Source: Candidatus Latescibacterota bacterium (lineage in GTDB: Bacteria > Latescibacterota > UBA2968). Taken from it: a stretch of DNA of 64,000 bases. The number at the start of each line of letters is the position of its first letter. Position 1 is the first letter of the stretch. Under the pieces are notes generated by a model. That model made no database searches. It saw nothing but the letters and a program-made list of their open reading frames with translations, and had not been told where the DNA came from. Of this stretch, positions 49,197-60,246 are shown piece by piece. Position numbers and translations under genes: made by a program. The stretch lies in assembly GCA_965204375.1 (NCBI GenBank), contig OZ241986.1:5280001-5344000 (forward strand). The letters run 5' to 3'.

Positions 49197-50600
49197 TCAT
49201 ACGTCTTTTTCGTATCGCTCGTCTCCCACTTCATCCTGCAAGCGGTGGAGTTCGTCTTTTAGTTCGGCGACTATTTCTGCGTATTCTGGATTGTGATAGA
49301 CGCTGTTCAGTTCATACGGGTCTTTGTCCAGGTCAAATAATTCCCACTCTGGTTCTCGGGCGTCGTCCGAGGCGCCTTCTTGTCCACATCCGTCGGCGTA
49401 ATAGTAGATGAGTTTGTGCCGATGCGTTCTGACTCCGTAATGCGCGTAGATATTGTGTCCGTTCAGGTGCATCCAGTACCGGTAATACATCGAGGCGCGC
49501 CAGTAGGCGGGTCGGTCGCCGTTTAACAGGGGGCGCATGCTGTGTCCCTGAAAATGGCTGGGGATGTTTATTCCGGCGTAGTCCAGGAATGTGGATGCGA
49601 AATCTACGTTGAGGATCATGTCGTCGCAGACACTGCCGGCTTTGATTTCTTTGGGATACCGGATGAGGAATGGCATGCGGAGGGATTCTTCGTACATGAA
49701 TCGCTTGTCGTACCAGCCGTGGTCGCCCAGGTAGAAGCCCTGGTCCGATGTATAGACGACGATGGTGTTGTCCGTTAGTCCCTCTTCGTCCAGGTAGTCC
49801 AGTACGCGACCGACGTTGTCATCGACAGATGCCACGCAGCGCAAGTAGTCTTTGATGTAGCGCTGGTATTTCCATTTCATGTCTTCTTCGGGGGTCAAGC
49901 CTTCGGGTACGGGTTGTTTCAGGTCGCGGGGGTTCAGGTCGCGGTTGACGCGCATTTCAGCCTGAGATGCGGCTGTGGCGCGGTTGCTGTAGTCGTCCCA
50001 TAGGGTTTCGGGTTCCGGGATGTCGATGTCTTCGTACATGTCCGCGTGTTTGTCATCTGGCTCCCAGGGCCGGTGAGGTGCTTTGTGGTGGTACATGAGC
50101 ATGAATGGCCTGTTTTTGTCGCGGTCTTTTAACCAGTCCAGTGCGAGGTCGGTTATGATGTCTGTGGTGTATCCTTCGTAGTGGACTTCTTTGCCCATGT
50201 CGTACATCATGGGGTTGTGATAGGCGCCTTGACCGGGGAGTACGTTCCAGTAGTCAAATCCGGTGGGGTCATTGTGTCCGCCGTGCCCGAGATGCCATTT
50301 GCCCACCATTGCGGTTTGATATCCCGAGGCTTGCAGGAGTTTGGGAAATGTGACCTGTCGCCCGTCTAAATTTGTGCGCAATGTGGTTACGCCGTTGATG
50401 TGGTTGTACGTTCCGGTCAAGATTACCGCCCGGCTCGGCGCGCAGATCGAGTTGGTGCAAAAGCAGTTGTTAAAGCGCATTCCGCCTTCGGCGATGCGGT
50501 CCAGGTTGGGCGTTTCGTTAATCCGACTGTTATAACAACTCATGGCATGCGATGCATGGTCATCGGTCATGATAAATAGAATGTTGGGTCTTTCGCTCAT
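49197..50600 (-). CDS. Sulfatase (N-acetylglucosamine-6-sulfatase-like)
   Basis: [28 protein letters not shown] and [11 protein letters not shown] motifs. Confidence 0.93.
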   Translation of the reverse strand: MSERPNILFIMTDDHASHAMSCYNSRINETPNLDRIAEGGMRFNNCFCTNSICAPSRAVILTGTYNHINGVTTLRTNLDGRQVTFPKLLQASGYQTAMVGKWHLGHGGHNDPTGFDYWNVLPGQGAYHNPMMYDMGKEVHYEGYTTDIITDLALDWLKDRDKNRPFMLMYHHKAPHRPWEPDDKHADMYEDIDIPEPETLWDDYSNRATAASQAEMRVNRDLNPRDLKQPVPEGLTPEEDMKWKYQRYIKDYLRCVASVDDNVGRVLDYLDEEGLTDNTIVVYTSDQGFYLGDHGWYDKRFMYEESLRMPFLIRYPKEIKAGSVCDDMILNVDFASTFLDYAGINIPSHFQGHSMRPLLNGDRPAYWRASMYYRYWMHLNGHNIYAHYGVRTHRHKLIYYYADGCGQEGASDDAREPEWELFDLDKDPYELNSVYHNPEYAEIVAELKDELHRLQDEVGDERYEKDV

Positions 50601-50626
50601 GTGTGCTCCTTTTGGTTGTGGATTTT

Positions 50627-51736
50627 TTAATTTAACTGAGCAATGAGGTCAGAAGGCACGGATGCGACATGGATTTGGGGATGGCCCGAGCGGTCGGAGT
50701 TGAAGACGAGCCATTTGAGGTCGGGTGAGAGATAGGGATGCCCGTGTGTGTTTTGCGCGGTGCTCATGGATGTGTGCGCTTCGCATACGACCGCGGTTTT
50801 GCCGGTTTGGATATTGCCGACGATGAGTTTGCTGGCGCCCTGCCAGTCGTCGCAGAAGAAGTATTGACCACACGGGGAGGTGCCGACGTGGTTGAAGCGA
50901 TAGCCCGGCGTGCCGACGCGCTCTGGGGGTTTGTTTGCCGATACTTTGACGAGGTTGCCTTTGTCGGGTGCGTACTCACCTTCGGCGCGGACGGATAGGA
51001 GGATTTCATTCGCGCCCGCGATCCAGGCTTCGTGTCCGGTGATGCTCGGTGTATGGGGTAGCCCGACCTGAAGGCGCGTGACTTTGCCGTCGGGTATATC
51101 GACGAGGTATTCGGTGGCGCCTTCGTCGCCGACGAGTTTGACGCGGGTGCCGTCGGGTTTAAATTCGCAGCCCCGGTTGTGCTGGACCATAATTTGTTTG
51201 CCTTCTGTGGGTTCAAATTGCGTGTGTGGGTTGCAGATGTCGGGGTCGGTGTTGATGATTTCTCGCGTTCCTTTTTGGAGATCGACGAGTTCAATGCCAA
51301 ACATTTTGGGGTGATAGCTGATGGTGACGCCATAAGCGTAATAGCGTTCATTGGGCGATAGGGTGCCCAATCCGCGCGTTTGAAGGTCTTCGGGAAATTC
51401 ATAGATGACGCGCTGTTTGCCCGTGCGCAGGTCAACGCGCACGAGTTCCTGGCATTTGTTGGGGACAATGCGCCGATAAAAGAAGATGCCGCTGTGGGTC
51501 ATGCCAGGTCCGCCCAGACCGCGACCGATGACTTCGGTTTCCCATGTGCCAAATTCGCAGGCGATATATTCGGTGGTGTTGGGCGCGGTGTCTGAATTTT
51601 TCTGCTCATAGACAAAGACGCGCGAGTCAGCTGAGCAGTAGGGCAGTTCGCAGTAGATGTTGGATTTTTCAAGCGCGTCAGTGGTCACCTGTGTGAGTGC
51701 CACGCCATTGGACAATTCGCCGAGTTTGATAGACAT
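50627..51736 (-). CDS. Oligogalacturonate lyase-like beta-propeller protein
   Basis: HTQFEP, GHEAW and [16 protein letters not shown] motifs. Confidence 0.7.
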   Translation of the reverse strand: MSIKLGELSNGVALTQVTTDALEKSNIYCELPYCSADSRVFVYEQKNSDTAPNTTEYIACEFGTWETEVIGRGLGGPGMTHSGIFFYRRIVPNKCQELVRVDLRTGKQRVIYEFPEDLQTRGLGTLSPNERYYAYGVTISYHPKMFGIELVDLQKGTREIINTDPDICNPHTQFEPTEGKQIMVQHNRGCEFKPDGTRVKLVGDEGATEYLVDIPDGKVTRLQVGLPHTPSITGHEAWIAGANEILLSVRAEGEYAPDKGNLVKVSANKPPERVGTPGYRFNHVGTSPCGQYFFCDDWQGASKLIVGNIQTGKTAVVCEAHTSMSTAQNTHGHPYLSPDLKWLVFNSDRSGHPQIHVASVPSDLIAQLN

Positions 51737-51748
51737 TTTTTCTCCTTT

Positions 51749-52639
51749 TCACACTGCATTTAAGAGCCACTGGTGTGCCAGATGCCAGTCTTCGATGTGG
51801 TTGAGCACGACGGCTGAGGATATGTCGCCACATCCCACGGTTGCGCGGATTTCTGCGCGTTTGGCGTCGTTGTGGATGCGATTGCACAGGTAGTCATTCC
51901 ATTCGTCAACGGCTTGCGCAGGGATTTGACCGTCGCACTGTTCGAGCACCCAGCCTTCAAATTCGAGGTAGGATGGCAGGTTTGTGCGGATGTGGTTTAA
52001 TGTGGCGTCGATGTCCAGATTTAATGCGCGCAGTACGCGGGGATCCAGGCCATTATCCGTCATGTCGGGATAGTCGGGGTGGAGCAGGCCTTTTGCGCGG
52101 AGGAGGATTTTGTACCAGGTGCGGGGCAACTGGCGCACGCCGAGGGGACCAAAATCAATTGTGGCGACGAGTGGAATAATGTTTCCGCTGAGTTTGGACA
52201 GGTCGCGCTTGTAAAATAATTGCAAATCCTGAAGGCAGTTGAGTACGGTTGCAGAATTAATGCCCGCATCTCGCGGTAGGCCCGTGTCTGTGTACGTTTC
52301 TTCGATTTTATCCCCGCGGTGTCGCCGTGCGCGGATAAATGCATTCCATCGGACGATGGCGTCTTGCTGTTCAAAGCTCCAGAAGGCGTCGCCTCTCTGT
52401 TCGAGTATCCACGCTTCAAATTCGAGGTACGAGGGCATGTTTTCGCGCAGGTAAGCCAATGTGGTTTCGATATCCAGATTCAATGCGCGCAGTACGCGGG
52501 GGTCGAGGCCATTATCCGTCATGTCGGGATATTCGTCGTCTAAGATACCGGCGTTGCGCGTGAGTACTTTCCACCATGTGCGGGGCAATTGACACGCGCC
52601 GAGCGGGCCATAGACGAGGCTGCTGATGAGGGGGACCAT
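51749..52639 (-). CDS. DUF5069-like protein made of two internal repeats
   Basis: GPLG..QLPRTW.K...DMTDNGLDPRVLRALNLD...PSYLEFE occurs twice. Confidence 0.7.
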   Translation of the reverse strand: MVPLISSLVYGPLGACQLPRTWWKVLTRNAGILDDEYPDMTDNGLDPRVLRALNLDIETTLAYLRENMPSYLEFEAWILEQRGDAFWSFEQQDAIVRWNAFIRARRHRGDKIEETYTDTGLPRDAGINSATVLNCLQDLQLFYKRDLSKLSGNIIPLVATIDFGPLGVRQLPRTWYKILLRAKGLLHPDYPDMTDNGLDPRVLRALNLDIDATLNHIRTNLPSYLEFEGWVLEQCDGQIPAQAVDEWNDYLCNRIHNDAKRAEIRATVGCGDISSAVVLNHIEDWHLAHQWLLNAV

Positions 52640-52651
52640 AGTGTGCTCCTT

Positions 52652-52987
52652 GGTTATTGGTTATTATCCGCAGATGGACGCAGATGGACGCAGATGAAAA
52701 ATGGACAAAAGCAGTTTACTGGCGGTGGTGTGGCGGGGCATCCTGTTCATCCTTTAATCCTGAAAATCCTGTTATTGATTATTTATCCGCAGATGGATGC
52801 AGATGAAAATGGACAAAAGCAGTTTATTGGCGGTGGTGGTGTGGGGCATCCTGTTCATCCTTTAATCCTGAAAATCCTGTTATTGATTATTTATCCGCAG
52901 ATGGATGCAGATGAAAATGGACAAAAGCAGTTTATTGGCGGTGGTGGTGTGGGGCATCCTGTTCATCCTTTAATCCTGAAAATCCTG
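52652..52987. repeat. Three tandem copies of a 108-bp intergenic unit
   Basis: Units start at about 52652, 52771 and 52879; each has CGCAGATGGA.GCAGATG and ATCCTGTTCATCCTTTAATCCTGAAAATCCTG sub-repeats. Confidence 0.92.
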
Positions 52988-54008
52988 ATCCGGTTTGGCG
53001 GCATAATTCCATGACGCGCATGAGTTCGCGCGATTCTTCTATGCGAATATAGGGGGTGGCGTTGTTGACGATTACGTCATGGATGTTGGCGTAGAAGTCG
53101 CGCTGTTTGTCCCGGGTGATGGGGATATCCTCTTCCCGCCAGGGCAATCGATCCCGGTTGTCGTAGCTGCGTTCGGGTGCTGCGCCTTCGACGACGTCTA
53201 ATGGAGACGCTTCTGCGGGGTCGTAATATCGTACTTTGAATACGTTGTCCTCGCGAATGGCTGTGCCGTATTTTCCACAGATATGCCAGAGGGGCATGAT
53301 GTGAGCAGTGGCTTGATTGATATGTACGTCTAAGAGTTGTCCAGATTCTTTTTTCACCCAGGCTTTGACCACGTCGTCGGCATCCCCCCGGGTGGCTATT
53401 GCCCAGCGTTTGCAATCGACTTCTGTGATTGCCGAGTCGTCCGAGAGATAGATGAGTTGGTCGAGGTAATGCGCGCCGTAGTTGTTGAGCATGCCGCCGC
53501 CGTTTTTCCGCAAGCTCTGCCAGTCGTTTCGGCGCACATAGCGATATACGCCCCGGTGTATGGCGTAGATAGGTCCCAGCATGCCGCTTTGAATAATTTC
53601 TCGCGCGGTTTGCGTTTCGGGTGTGAGACGGTGGGGTTGATAGAGAAAGATGCGGCGGTTATTTTTTTTGGCCTGGGCGATCATGCGATCTGCCGAGGCG
53701 AGAGAGGTGGTCATGGGTTTTTCGAGGATGACGTGACAACCTTCGTTGAGGGCGCGAATGGTCATGTCTTCGTGCAATGTGGTCGGCGTGGCAATGGCGA
53801 CCACGTCGGGCGATGGGCCGGACCAGAGTGATTCAAAATCGGTGTGGGTTTCACAACCCGCTGCTGCGCGCGCTTCGGATAAGCGTTCGGGCAGGGGATC
53901 GACAACAGCGGTGAGTTCAAATTGGTCGGATGAGAGGGCTTGCTGAAAGTGAAATCGCCAGCCGATGCGTCCCAGTCCGACGATGGCGATTTTTGTGGTT
54001 TGGTTCAT
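52932..54008 (-). CDS. Gfo/Idh/MocA family oxidoreductase
   Basis: IVGLGRIG, HVILEKP and GGGMLNNYGAHYLDQ motifs. Confidence 0.9.
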   Translation of the reverse strand: MNQTTKIAIVGLGRIGWRFHFQQALSSDQFELTAVVDPLPERLSEARAAAGCETHTDFESLWSGPSPDVVAIATPTTLHEDMTIRALNEGCHVILEKPMTTSLASADRMIAQAKKNNRRIFLYQPHRLTPETQTAREIIQSGMLGPIYAIHRGVYRYVRRNDWQSLRKNGGGMLNNYGAHYLDQLIYLSDDSAITEVDCKRWAIATRGDADDVVKAWVKKESGQLLDVHINQATAHIMPLWHICGKYGTAIREDNVFKVRYYDPAEASPLDVVEGAAPERSYDNRDRLPWREEDIPITRDKQRDFYANIHDVIVNNATPYIRIEESRELMRVMELCRQTGSGFSGLKDEQDAPHHHRQ

Positions 54009-54118
54009 TGACTTAGCTCCATTCTGTATCTATATTGTCCAAAATTTGACGCAGGCGATTGAAGTTAAAATAACCATGTAGATTGCCAAATGTCCACTAC
54101 ATTTCCCGGTGGTTTTGA

Positions 54119-55828
54119 ATGGATAATAAAGATATTGCCTCGGCATTGGAAGAGATGACCACGCTGATGGAACTGAATGGCGAGAATGCGTTTCGCATTC
54201 GGTCTTATGTCAATGCAGCGCGGCAGATTGAGTTGTTGCAGGAGCCCGCTTCGGATTTGAGCGCGCGCGGTGAATTGGAATCTGTGCGCGGTATTGGTGC
54301 GAAGATGGCGGCAAATATTGCAATACTTATTGATACGGGGCAGTTGCCGGGGATGGGCGATTTGCGTTCCGCGCTGCCCGAAGGGTTATTGGAGATGATT
54401 GAGGTGCCCGGTTTGGGCGCGAAACGGGTGCGGTCTATTTACGAGCAATTGGGTATTGCCGATGTGGATGCGCTGGCAAAAGCCTGCGAGGCGGGTGAGG
54501 TCGAAAAATTGCGCGGGTTCGGGAAGAAGACCGCTGAGAGTATTTTGCGCGGGGTGTCTTATTTGCAGCAACACCGCGGGCGTTTTTTGAGCCGCACGGC
54601 GCAGGATGAAGCAGAGGCTTTGCGGGCTTATCTGTCGGATCAACCGGGGGTGATGCGTCTGGCGGTGGCGGGCAGTGTGCGGCGATGTATGGAGACGAGC
54701 AAGGATGTGGATATTGTTGCGAGCGCGAAAGACGGGAGCGCGCTTGCCGGGGTTTTTGTCGCGTATCCCGGTGTGGCAGAGGTTACGGGGCGCGGTGAGA
54801 CAAAGGTGAGTGTTGTGCTGGATTCGGATATGCGCGCGGATTTGAGGATTGTGCCGGATGCGGCGTATCCCTATGCATTGCACCATTTTACGGGGAGCAA
54901 AGAACACAATACTGCGATGCGGCAGCGGGCAAAAGACCGGGGTATGAAGCTCAATGAATACGGTTTGTTCAAGGGAGATGAAAACGCGGTTTGCGCCGAT
55001 GAGCGCGCGTTATTTGATGCGTTGGGTTTGCACTATATTCCGCCTGAGTTGCGCGAGGGACAGGGTGAGATCGAACGCGCAGAACAAGCGCCGTTGCCGG
55101 AGTTGGTCACGCAATCCGATCTGCAGGGTACGCTTCATGTACATACGACGTATAGCGATGGAAGGCATAGCGTGGAGGATATGGCACGGGCGGCAAAGGC
55201 GTTGGGTTATACGTATATCGGTATTTGCGATCACAGCAAGGCCGCGGCTTATGCCAATGGGCTGAATGAAGATCGCGTGCGGTTGCAGTGGGACGAGATT
55301 GATCGGGTTAACGATTCGGTGGAAGATATCCGGGTGTTGAAGGGTATTGAGGTGGATATTTTGAGCGATGGGGGGTTGGATTTTGACGATGATTTTTTAT
55401 CCGAGTTTGATCTGGTGGTTGCGTCTGTGCATTCGAAGTTTGCAATGACTGAAAAAGAGGCTACTGATCGGTTGATTCGCGCGGTTCAGAATCCCCATGT
55501 CGATATTTTGGGGCATCCGTCAGGCCGTTTGTTATTGTCTCGTGAGGGCTATCCGCTCAATATGAGGGCTGTGATTGACGCTGCGGCCGAGGCGCGTACG
55601 GCGATTGAGATCAATGCCAATCCCGCACGTTTGGAGTTGGATTGGCGATTTTTGTCTTATGCGCGGGAGAAGGGTGTGCAAATTCCGATTAATACAGATG
55701 CCCACAGTGTGGAAGGGCTGAAAGATATGTGCTTTGGGTTGGGGATTGCCAGAAAGGGTGGATTGACGGCTGATGGTGTGCTCAACGCACTTTCTGTAGA
55801 GGATTTTTTGGCTGCGCTTGGGGGATAG
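54119..55828 (+). CDS. polX: DNA polymerase X with PHP 3'-5' exonuclease domain
   Basis: ENAFRIRSY, AGSVRR, catalytic DVD, FTGSKEHN; PHP HVHTTYSDG, DHS and NTDAH motifs. Confidence 0.95.
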   Translation: MDNKDIASALEEMTTLMELNGENAFRIRSYVNAARQIELLQEPASDLSARGELESVRGIGAKMAANIAILIDTGQLPGMGDLRSALPEGLLEMIEVPGLGAKRVRSIYEQLGIADVDALAKACEAGEVEKLRGFGKKTAESILRGVSYLQQHRGRFLSRTAQDEAEALRAYLSDQPGVMRLAVAGSVRRCMETSKDVDIVASAKDGSALAGVFVAYPGVAEVTGRGETKVSVVLDSDMRADLRIVPDAAYPYALHHFTGSKEHNTAMRQRAKDRGMKLNEYGLFKGDENAVCADERALFDALGLHYIPPELREGQGEIERAEQAPLPELVTQSDLQGTLHVHTTYSDGRHSVEDMARAAKALGYTYIGICDHSKAAAYANGLNEDRVRLQWDEIDRVNDSVEDIRVLKGIEVDILSDGGLDFDDDFLSEFDLVVASVHSKFAMTEKEATDRLIRAVQNPHVDILGHPSGRLLLSREGYPLNMRAVIDAAAEARTAIEINANPARLELDWRFLSYAREKGVQIPINTDAHSVEGLKDMCFGLGIARKGGLTADGVLNALSVEDFLAALGG

Positions 55829-55961
55829 AACGTCTTATTTTTTGTGTTGTAAGACTTGACATTATTTTGACGCTGACATATAATTGCGGACAAATTTTCA
55901 CAGGGGATAGAAGCACCACCCCTGCGTATTGGCAAGTACAAGAAAAGAGGACCAATAGGCA

Positions 55962-56402
55962 ATGGCAACGCATGAACCTTTGAGTGACGAACAGTTCGCG
56001 TTTTATAAAAAAATTTTAACTGAGCGCAAGCGCGAGTTGCTCAAACAAGTGCTCAGTCAAGATGAAGATCTCGATGAAATTAGAGGCGATGTCGCAGCCG
56101 ATCCTCTCGATGCAGCGGGCAATGCATCGTCGCTGGAGTTGATGACGACGCTGGGCAATCACGAGCGGCTCGAATTGGCGGAGATTGACAATGCCTTGCA
56201 AAAAATTGAAAATGGTTCTTATGGATTCTGCGAAGAGTCCGGCGAACCCATTCATCCCATGCGGCTCGAGGCAATGCCCACGGCGCGTTATACGGTGCAG
56301 GTTCAAGAACGGCTCGAGCGCACACCCCAACAGCGTAGTCGGCCCCGTCGCCGCGTTTTGAAGCGCGAGGATTTGCCCATTTCTACAGATGACGATGAAT
56401 AG
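55962..56402 (+). CDS. DksA/TraR family transcription factor
   Basis: DPLDAA coiled-coil tip; IDNALQKIENGSYGFC...RLEAMPTA. Confidence 0.88.
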   Translation: MATHEPLSDEQFAFYKKILTERKRELLKQVLSQDEDLDEIRGDVAADPLDAAGNASSLELMTTLGNHERLELAEIDNALQKIENGSYGFCEESGEPIHPMRLEAMPTARYTVQVQERLERTPQQRSRPRRRVLKREDLPISTDDDE

Positions 56403-56433
56403 AATTTATTAATGATTACAACAAAACCCCATG

Positions 56434-56468
56434 GCCGTCAGGATATATCCCTGACGGCTTTATATTTG
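56434..56468 (+). terminator. Hairpin after the dksA-like gene
   Basis: GCCGTCAGG-atatatc-CCTGACGGC followed by TTTATATTT. Confidence 0.6.
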
Positions 56469-56482
56469 AGGAGGTTGTTCAC

Positions 56483-57781
56483 ATGTCCCAATCATTGTTC
56501 AGCGATGCCAGCCAACGGCTCGATGAAGCCCTGGCGTATGCTTCTATTTCTGAGGAGGCCATTGAGCGGCTCAAATTGCCCAGGTCGAGTTTGAAAGTTT
56601 CTATCCCGGTGCGGATGGATAATGGCGAGTTGCGTATTTTTCCGGGGTACCGGGTGCGCTACGACGATACGCGAGGTCCCACCAAGGGAGGCATACGCTT
56701 TCATCCAGATGTGTCTATTGACGAGGTGCAGTCTCTGGCTTTTTGGATGACTTTCAAATGCGCGGTGGCCAATTTGCCTTTCGGAGGAGGGAAAGGTGGG
56801 ATAACGGTGGATCCCAAGTCGCTGTCTCCTTTTGAACTGGAACGGCTCAGTAGGGGTTATATCGACGCGGTGGCCGATTTCATCGGTCCGGATGTCGATA
56901 TTCCGGCGCCGGATGTTTATACCAATGAGATGATTATGGGCTGGATGGTGGATGAGTATAGCATTATTAAGCGGGAGATTTCGCCTGCGGTGATTACTGG
57001 TAAGCCTTTGACTATGGGGGGGAGTCTGGGGAGGGACAAGGCGACTGCTATGGGTGCCTTTTTCACTATGGAGGCGACTTTGCCCAGGCTCGGGTTGAGT
57101 GGCTCGCCCGCTACGACGACCGTGGCTGTGCAAGGCTTTGGCAATGCCGGGGCCATTATTGCAGAGTTGCTTTTTAATGCCGGTTACAAGGTTGTGGCGG
57201 TGAGCGATTCTAAGGGCGGGATATATCGGCGAGAGGGTCTCGATATTCCCAGTGTGCGTCAGTTCAAGGATTCGACCCGCGCGCTTAAAGCCGTTTACTG
57301 CGAGGGCAGCGTGTGCAATGTGGTCGATCACGAGACGATTACCAACGAGGAATTGCTCGCGCTCGATGTCGATATTCTGGCGCCAGCGGCGTTGGAGAAT
57401 CAGATTACGGCGTCGAATGCCCGCGATATTAAGGCGAGGGCGGTGTACGAACTGGCAAATGGTCCGACGACTCCAGAGGCGGACGAGATTTTGCGCGGGC
57501 GAGATGTGGTGGTGTTTCCCGATATTCTGGTCAATGCCGGCGGTGTGACGGTGAGTTATTTTGAGTGGGTGCAGAATCGCCAGGGTCTGTACTGGACGCT
57601 GGATGAGGTCAATCAGCGGCTCAAAGAGATGATGGTCGAGGAGACAGAGCGCGTTTGGGATATTGCCCAGACAAAGGGTATTTCCCAGCGCACCGCGGCT
57701 TATGTCCACGCGTTGAACCGGATCGGCGATGCGGTGCAAGCTAAGGGGACTAAGAGCTATTTCACGGGTGGGAGTGATTGA
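56483..57781 (+). CDS. gdhA: Glu/Leu/Phe/Val dehydrogenase (glutamate dehydrogenase)
   Basis: GPTKGGIRFHP, PFGGGKGG, DIPAPD, VQGFGNAG and NAGGVTVSYFEW motifs. Confidence 0.92.
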   Translation: MSQSLFSDASQRLDEALAYASISEEAIERLKLPRSSLKVSIPVRMDNGELRIFPGYRVRYDDTRGPTKGGIRFHPDVSIDEVQSLAFWMTFKCAVANLPFGGGKGGITVDPKSLSPFELERLSRGYIDAVADFIGPDVDIPAPDVYTNEMIMGWMVDEYSIIKREISPAVITGKPLTMGGSLGRDKATAMGAFFTMEATLPRLGLSGSPATTTVAVQGFGNAGAIIAELLFNAGYKVVAVSDSKGGIYRREGLDIPSVRQFKDSTRALKAVYCEGSVCNVVDHETITNEELLALDVDILAPAALENQITASNARDIKARAVYELANGPTTPEADEILRGRDVVVFPDILVNAGGVTVSYFEWVQNRQGLYWTLDEVNQRLKEMMVEETERVWDIAQTKGISQRTAAYVHALNRIGDAVQAKGTKSYFTGGSD

Positions 57782-57782
57782 T

Positions 57783-58340
57783 GTGAATGAAAATCATTCT
57801 ATGAATATTGGACGCGTGTTACAGGGCGGACTGTTCACGAGCGATTTTCTCATAGATGCTGTCCAGGAGATGGACGAATGGCAGAGGTGGGATGATGGGA
57901 CGGTATTTGAGACCGAACTTCAAAATATCTTCAATGCCTTCCCAATTGATCAGAACCCCAATGAAAGCCAGACCGAAGATGATTTGATCTGGCCCATCCT
58001 CAACTGTCTCGGATGGACAGATTACCTGACGCAACAAAACCTGACGCCCCAGGGTCGCGATGACGTTCCTGATGGCCTTTTGTTTGAGGACGATGCATAC
58101 AAGGCGCGTGCCAATGGTTTGGCCGAGGAGTGGAGACGCTACGAGTGGGGTCTGGCAATTGTGGAATCCAAACGGTGGGATCTGCCACTCGACCGCCGGT
58201 CTGCTCAGCAGGCAACCGCGCCTTCGACGCAGATGCTTCGCTATTTGCGCCGGGTGGATGATTTGACCGAGGGGAAGTTGCGCTGGAGCATACTTACAAA
58301 TGGCGCAAAGATTGGTCTGGCTGGGTCAAGTGTATTGTAG
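57783..58340 (+). pseudogene. N-terminal nuclease fragment of a type IIG (Eco57I-like) restriction-modification enzyme
   Basis: NESQTEDDLI.PIL..LGW, VPDGLLF, VESKRW, TQMLRYL and WSILTNG, then an abrupt end with no methyltransferase domain. Confidence 0.75.
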
Positions 58341-58369
58341 TTATCTGGGTTCTATTGCCATTTCCTAAT

Positions 58370-59719
58370 ATGTACGAGGTCCTAAAAACTTGGCTGCCTT
58401 GGATTCATTCTTTCTTAGACGCAATTGGGACCCTTTTCTCCGCATCGTCTGAACCCGCATCGTCTGAACCCGCATCGTCTGAACCCGCATCGTCTCAAGA
58501 GGGTCAAAATCAGAGTTTATTCGACTAGGTGCGGGCAAGCATGTTGGTCATCGCAGCTTGGTATGGCGTACCTTTTCTGATTTGGCGCATGTTACTCGCG
58601 GACCGGCAGACCCAAGCCACGGAAATGCAGACCCAGGCCGCAGACAAGCAGACGGAGATCAATCGCGAGAGCCACTACACCGATCTTTTCACCAAGGCAG
58701 TGGAACAACTCGGAGCAACCCATCAGGACGGGGAGCCTGCTATTGAGATGCGGATCGGCGCGATCTTCGCTTTGGAGCGACTTGCGAAGGACAGCGAGCG
58801 CGATTATGGCTCCATTATTGAAACACTTGCTGCCTATATCCGCGAGCATTGCCGCGATCCAAAACCTTTTGATGAAGATGACTTGAGCGGTGATGAGTTA
58901 AAGCAGGCGCAGCAGAGGTGGGAGGAGGTGCTGAGGGCGTTGAAAGAAGAGGATTTTTACGGAATAAAATTTGATCAAGCACGGTATGAGTGGATTAAAC
59001 AACTGCTTATTACTCCACCAGCAGACCGCACTGATGTAGCAGCGGCGTTGACAGTGCTGAGTCGTCGAGAAAAGAACCGTAACTGGACCAGTACGGGCGA
59101 GGACGAGACCCAACCAGACTTCACTGGCGCAAACTTTCAGGGAGCAACGCTCTGGAACAAGAGCGAGGGGCTTGCACGAATAGGTACTAATCTGGAATTG
59201 GCCCATCTTGAGGGTGCAAATCTTAGGGGAGCCAAACTATCGGGCGCGAACCTTATCGCAGCCAAATTTAAGGGCGCGGATCTTTCAGAAGCTAAACTGG
59301 TGGGTGCAAATCTTATTAGCTCCAAAATAGTGAACGTATATCTTATTAGAGCCGATCTTAAAGGTGCAAATCTTACGATGGCAGATATTAAAGAGGATAC
59401 GATACTTAAGGTAGCTAAACTTGAGAGTGCGAAATTTGGGGGAGCCGTTTTCTGCAATGTCAATCTTGAGGGTGCAAACTTCTGGGACGCTAATCTTAGG
59501 GGAACAGTTTTTAACGAAACCAATCTATCGGGTGCTCTTCTTGCTGGAGTCCACCTCCAAGATTCAAACGGTTTAACGACTGAGATGATAAAAGAAGCAT
59601 TTGGAGACAATAATACGTCCCTACCCAGTGGCGTGATTCGGCCCACACACTGGAGTAGCCAAGAGGAGGCTATCAAAAAATGGCAGGCGTTTTGCAGGGA
59701 TGAAGGTTTTACAGTTTAG
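58370..59719 (+). CDS. Membrane-anchored pentapeptide repeat protein; N-terminal part cut off by in-frame TAG 58526-58528
   Basis: FTKAVEQLG, RIGAIFALERLA and A(N/D)LxG pentapeptide runs; the upstream frame is open and in frame with GTG 58529. Confidence 0.8.
58441..58495 (+). repeat. 15-bp tandem repeat CGCATCGTCTGAACC, about 3.7 copies (encodes ASSEP)
   Basis: Seen directly in the sequence. Confidence 0.9.
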
Positions 59720-59913
59720 CTCTAACGGCATCTATTGTATTTGCCACCCTCAAATTAAATAAAAAAGAAGACACTATACGGTGATAGGATTAAGCACGAA
59801 TTTTTCGACGCCGCGATAGACGCGAGACACGCTACGCCAACTATTGTGTTTAATAACGTGTAGTGCCTGCAAAAACGGGTTGACATTGCTGCGTAATGGG
59901 ATAAGTTTTCTAA

Positions 59914-60246
59914 ATGGAATATCGTGTAGAAATTTATCAAACTGAACGAGGACGACGCCCTTTTGTAGATTGGATGAATAAACTTAGAGATTCACGAGGT
60001 AAAAAACTTATTAATCAACGCATTCAACGAATTTCTGACGGAGATATGGGAGATTATCAGCGTATTCAGGGGGGTGGAGGTGTATTGGAATTTCGAATAC
60101 ATAGTGGGCCTGGGTACCGTATCTACTTTGGAAGGATCGGAGAAAGGATCATTCTTTTGTTGTGTGGTGGAATGAAACGTTCACAGCGTAGCGACAGTCA
60201 ACGTGCAAAGCGATATTTGGCTGATTATAAGGAGCGTGTTTTATGA
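59914..60246 (+). CDS. RelE/ParE family toxin (addiction module killer type)
   Basis: PFVDWMNKLRD, GDMGD and EFRIHSGPGYRIYF..LLLCGG motifs. Confidence 0.9.
   Translation: MEYRVEIYQTERGRRPFVDWMNKLRDSRGKKLINQRIQRISDGDMGDYQRIQGGGGVLEFRIHSGPGYRIYFGRIGERIILLLCGGMKRSQRSDSQRAKRYLADYKERVL

Noticed and set aside
52652-52987. Possible second CRISPR array or a 141-aa repeat protein (52589..53014)
   Set aside because: Units are identical end to end with no unique spacers. The ORF overlaps real genes in antisense and only reflects the 108-bp period.
56492-57739. 415-aa antisense ORF opposite gdhA
   Set aside because: Shadow ORF with no recognisable motifs; long antisense frames are common opposite GC-rich genes.
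58526-58528. Pyrrolysine or programmed readthrough at the in-frame TAG
   Set aside because: No pyl genes are in the window and the surroundings are decayed; a nonsense mutation is the simpler explanation.
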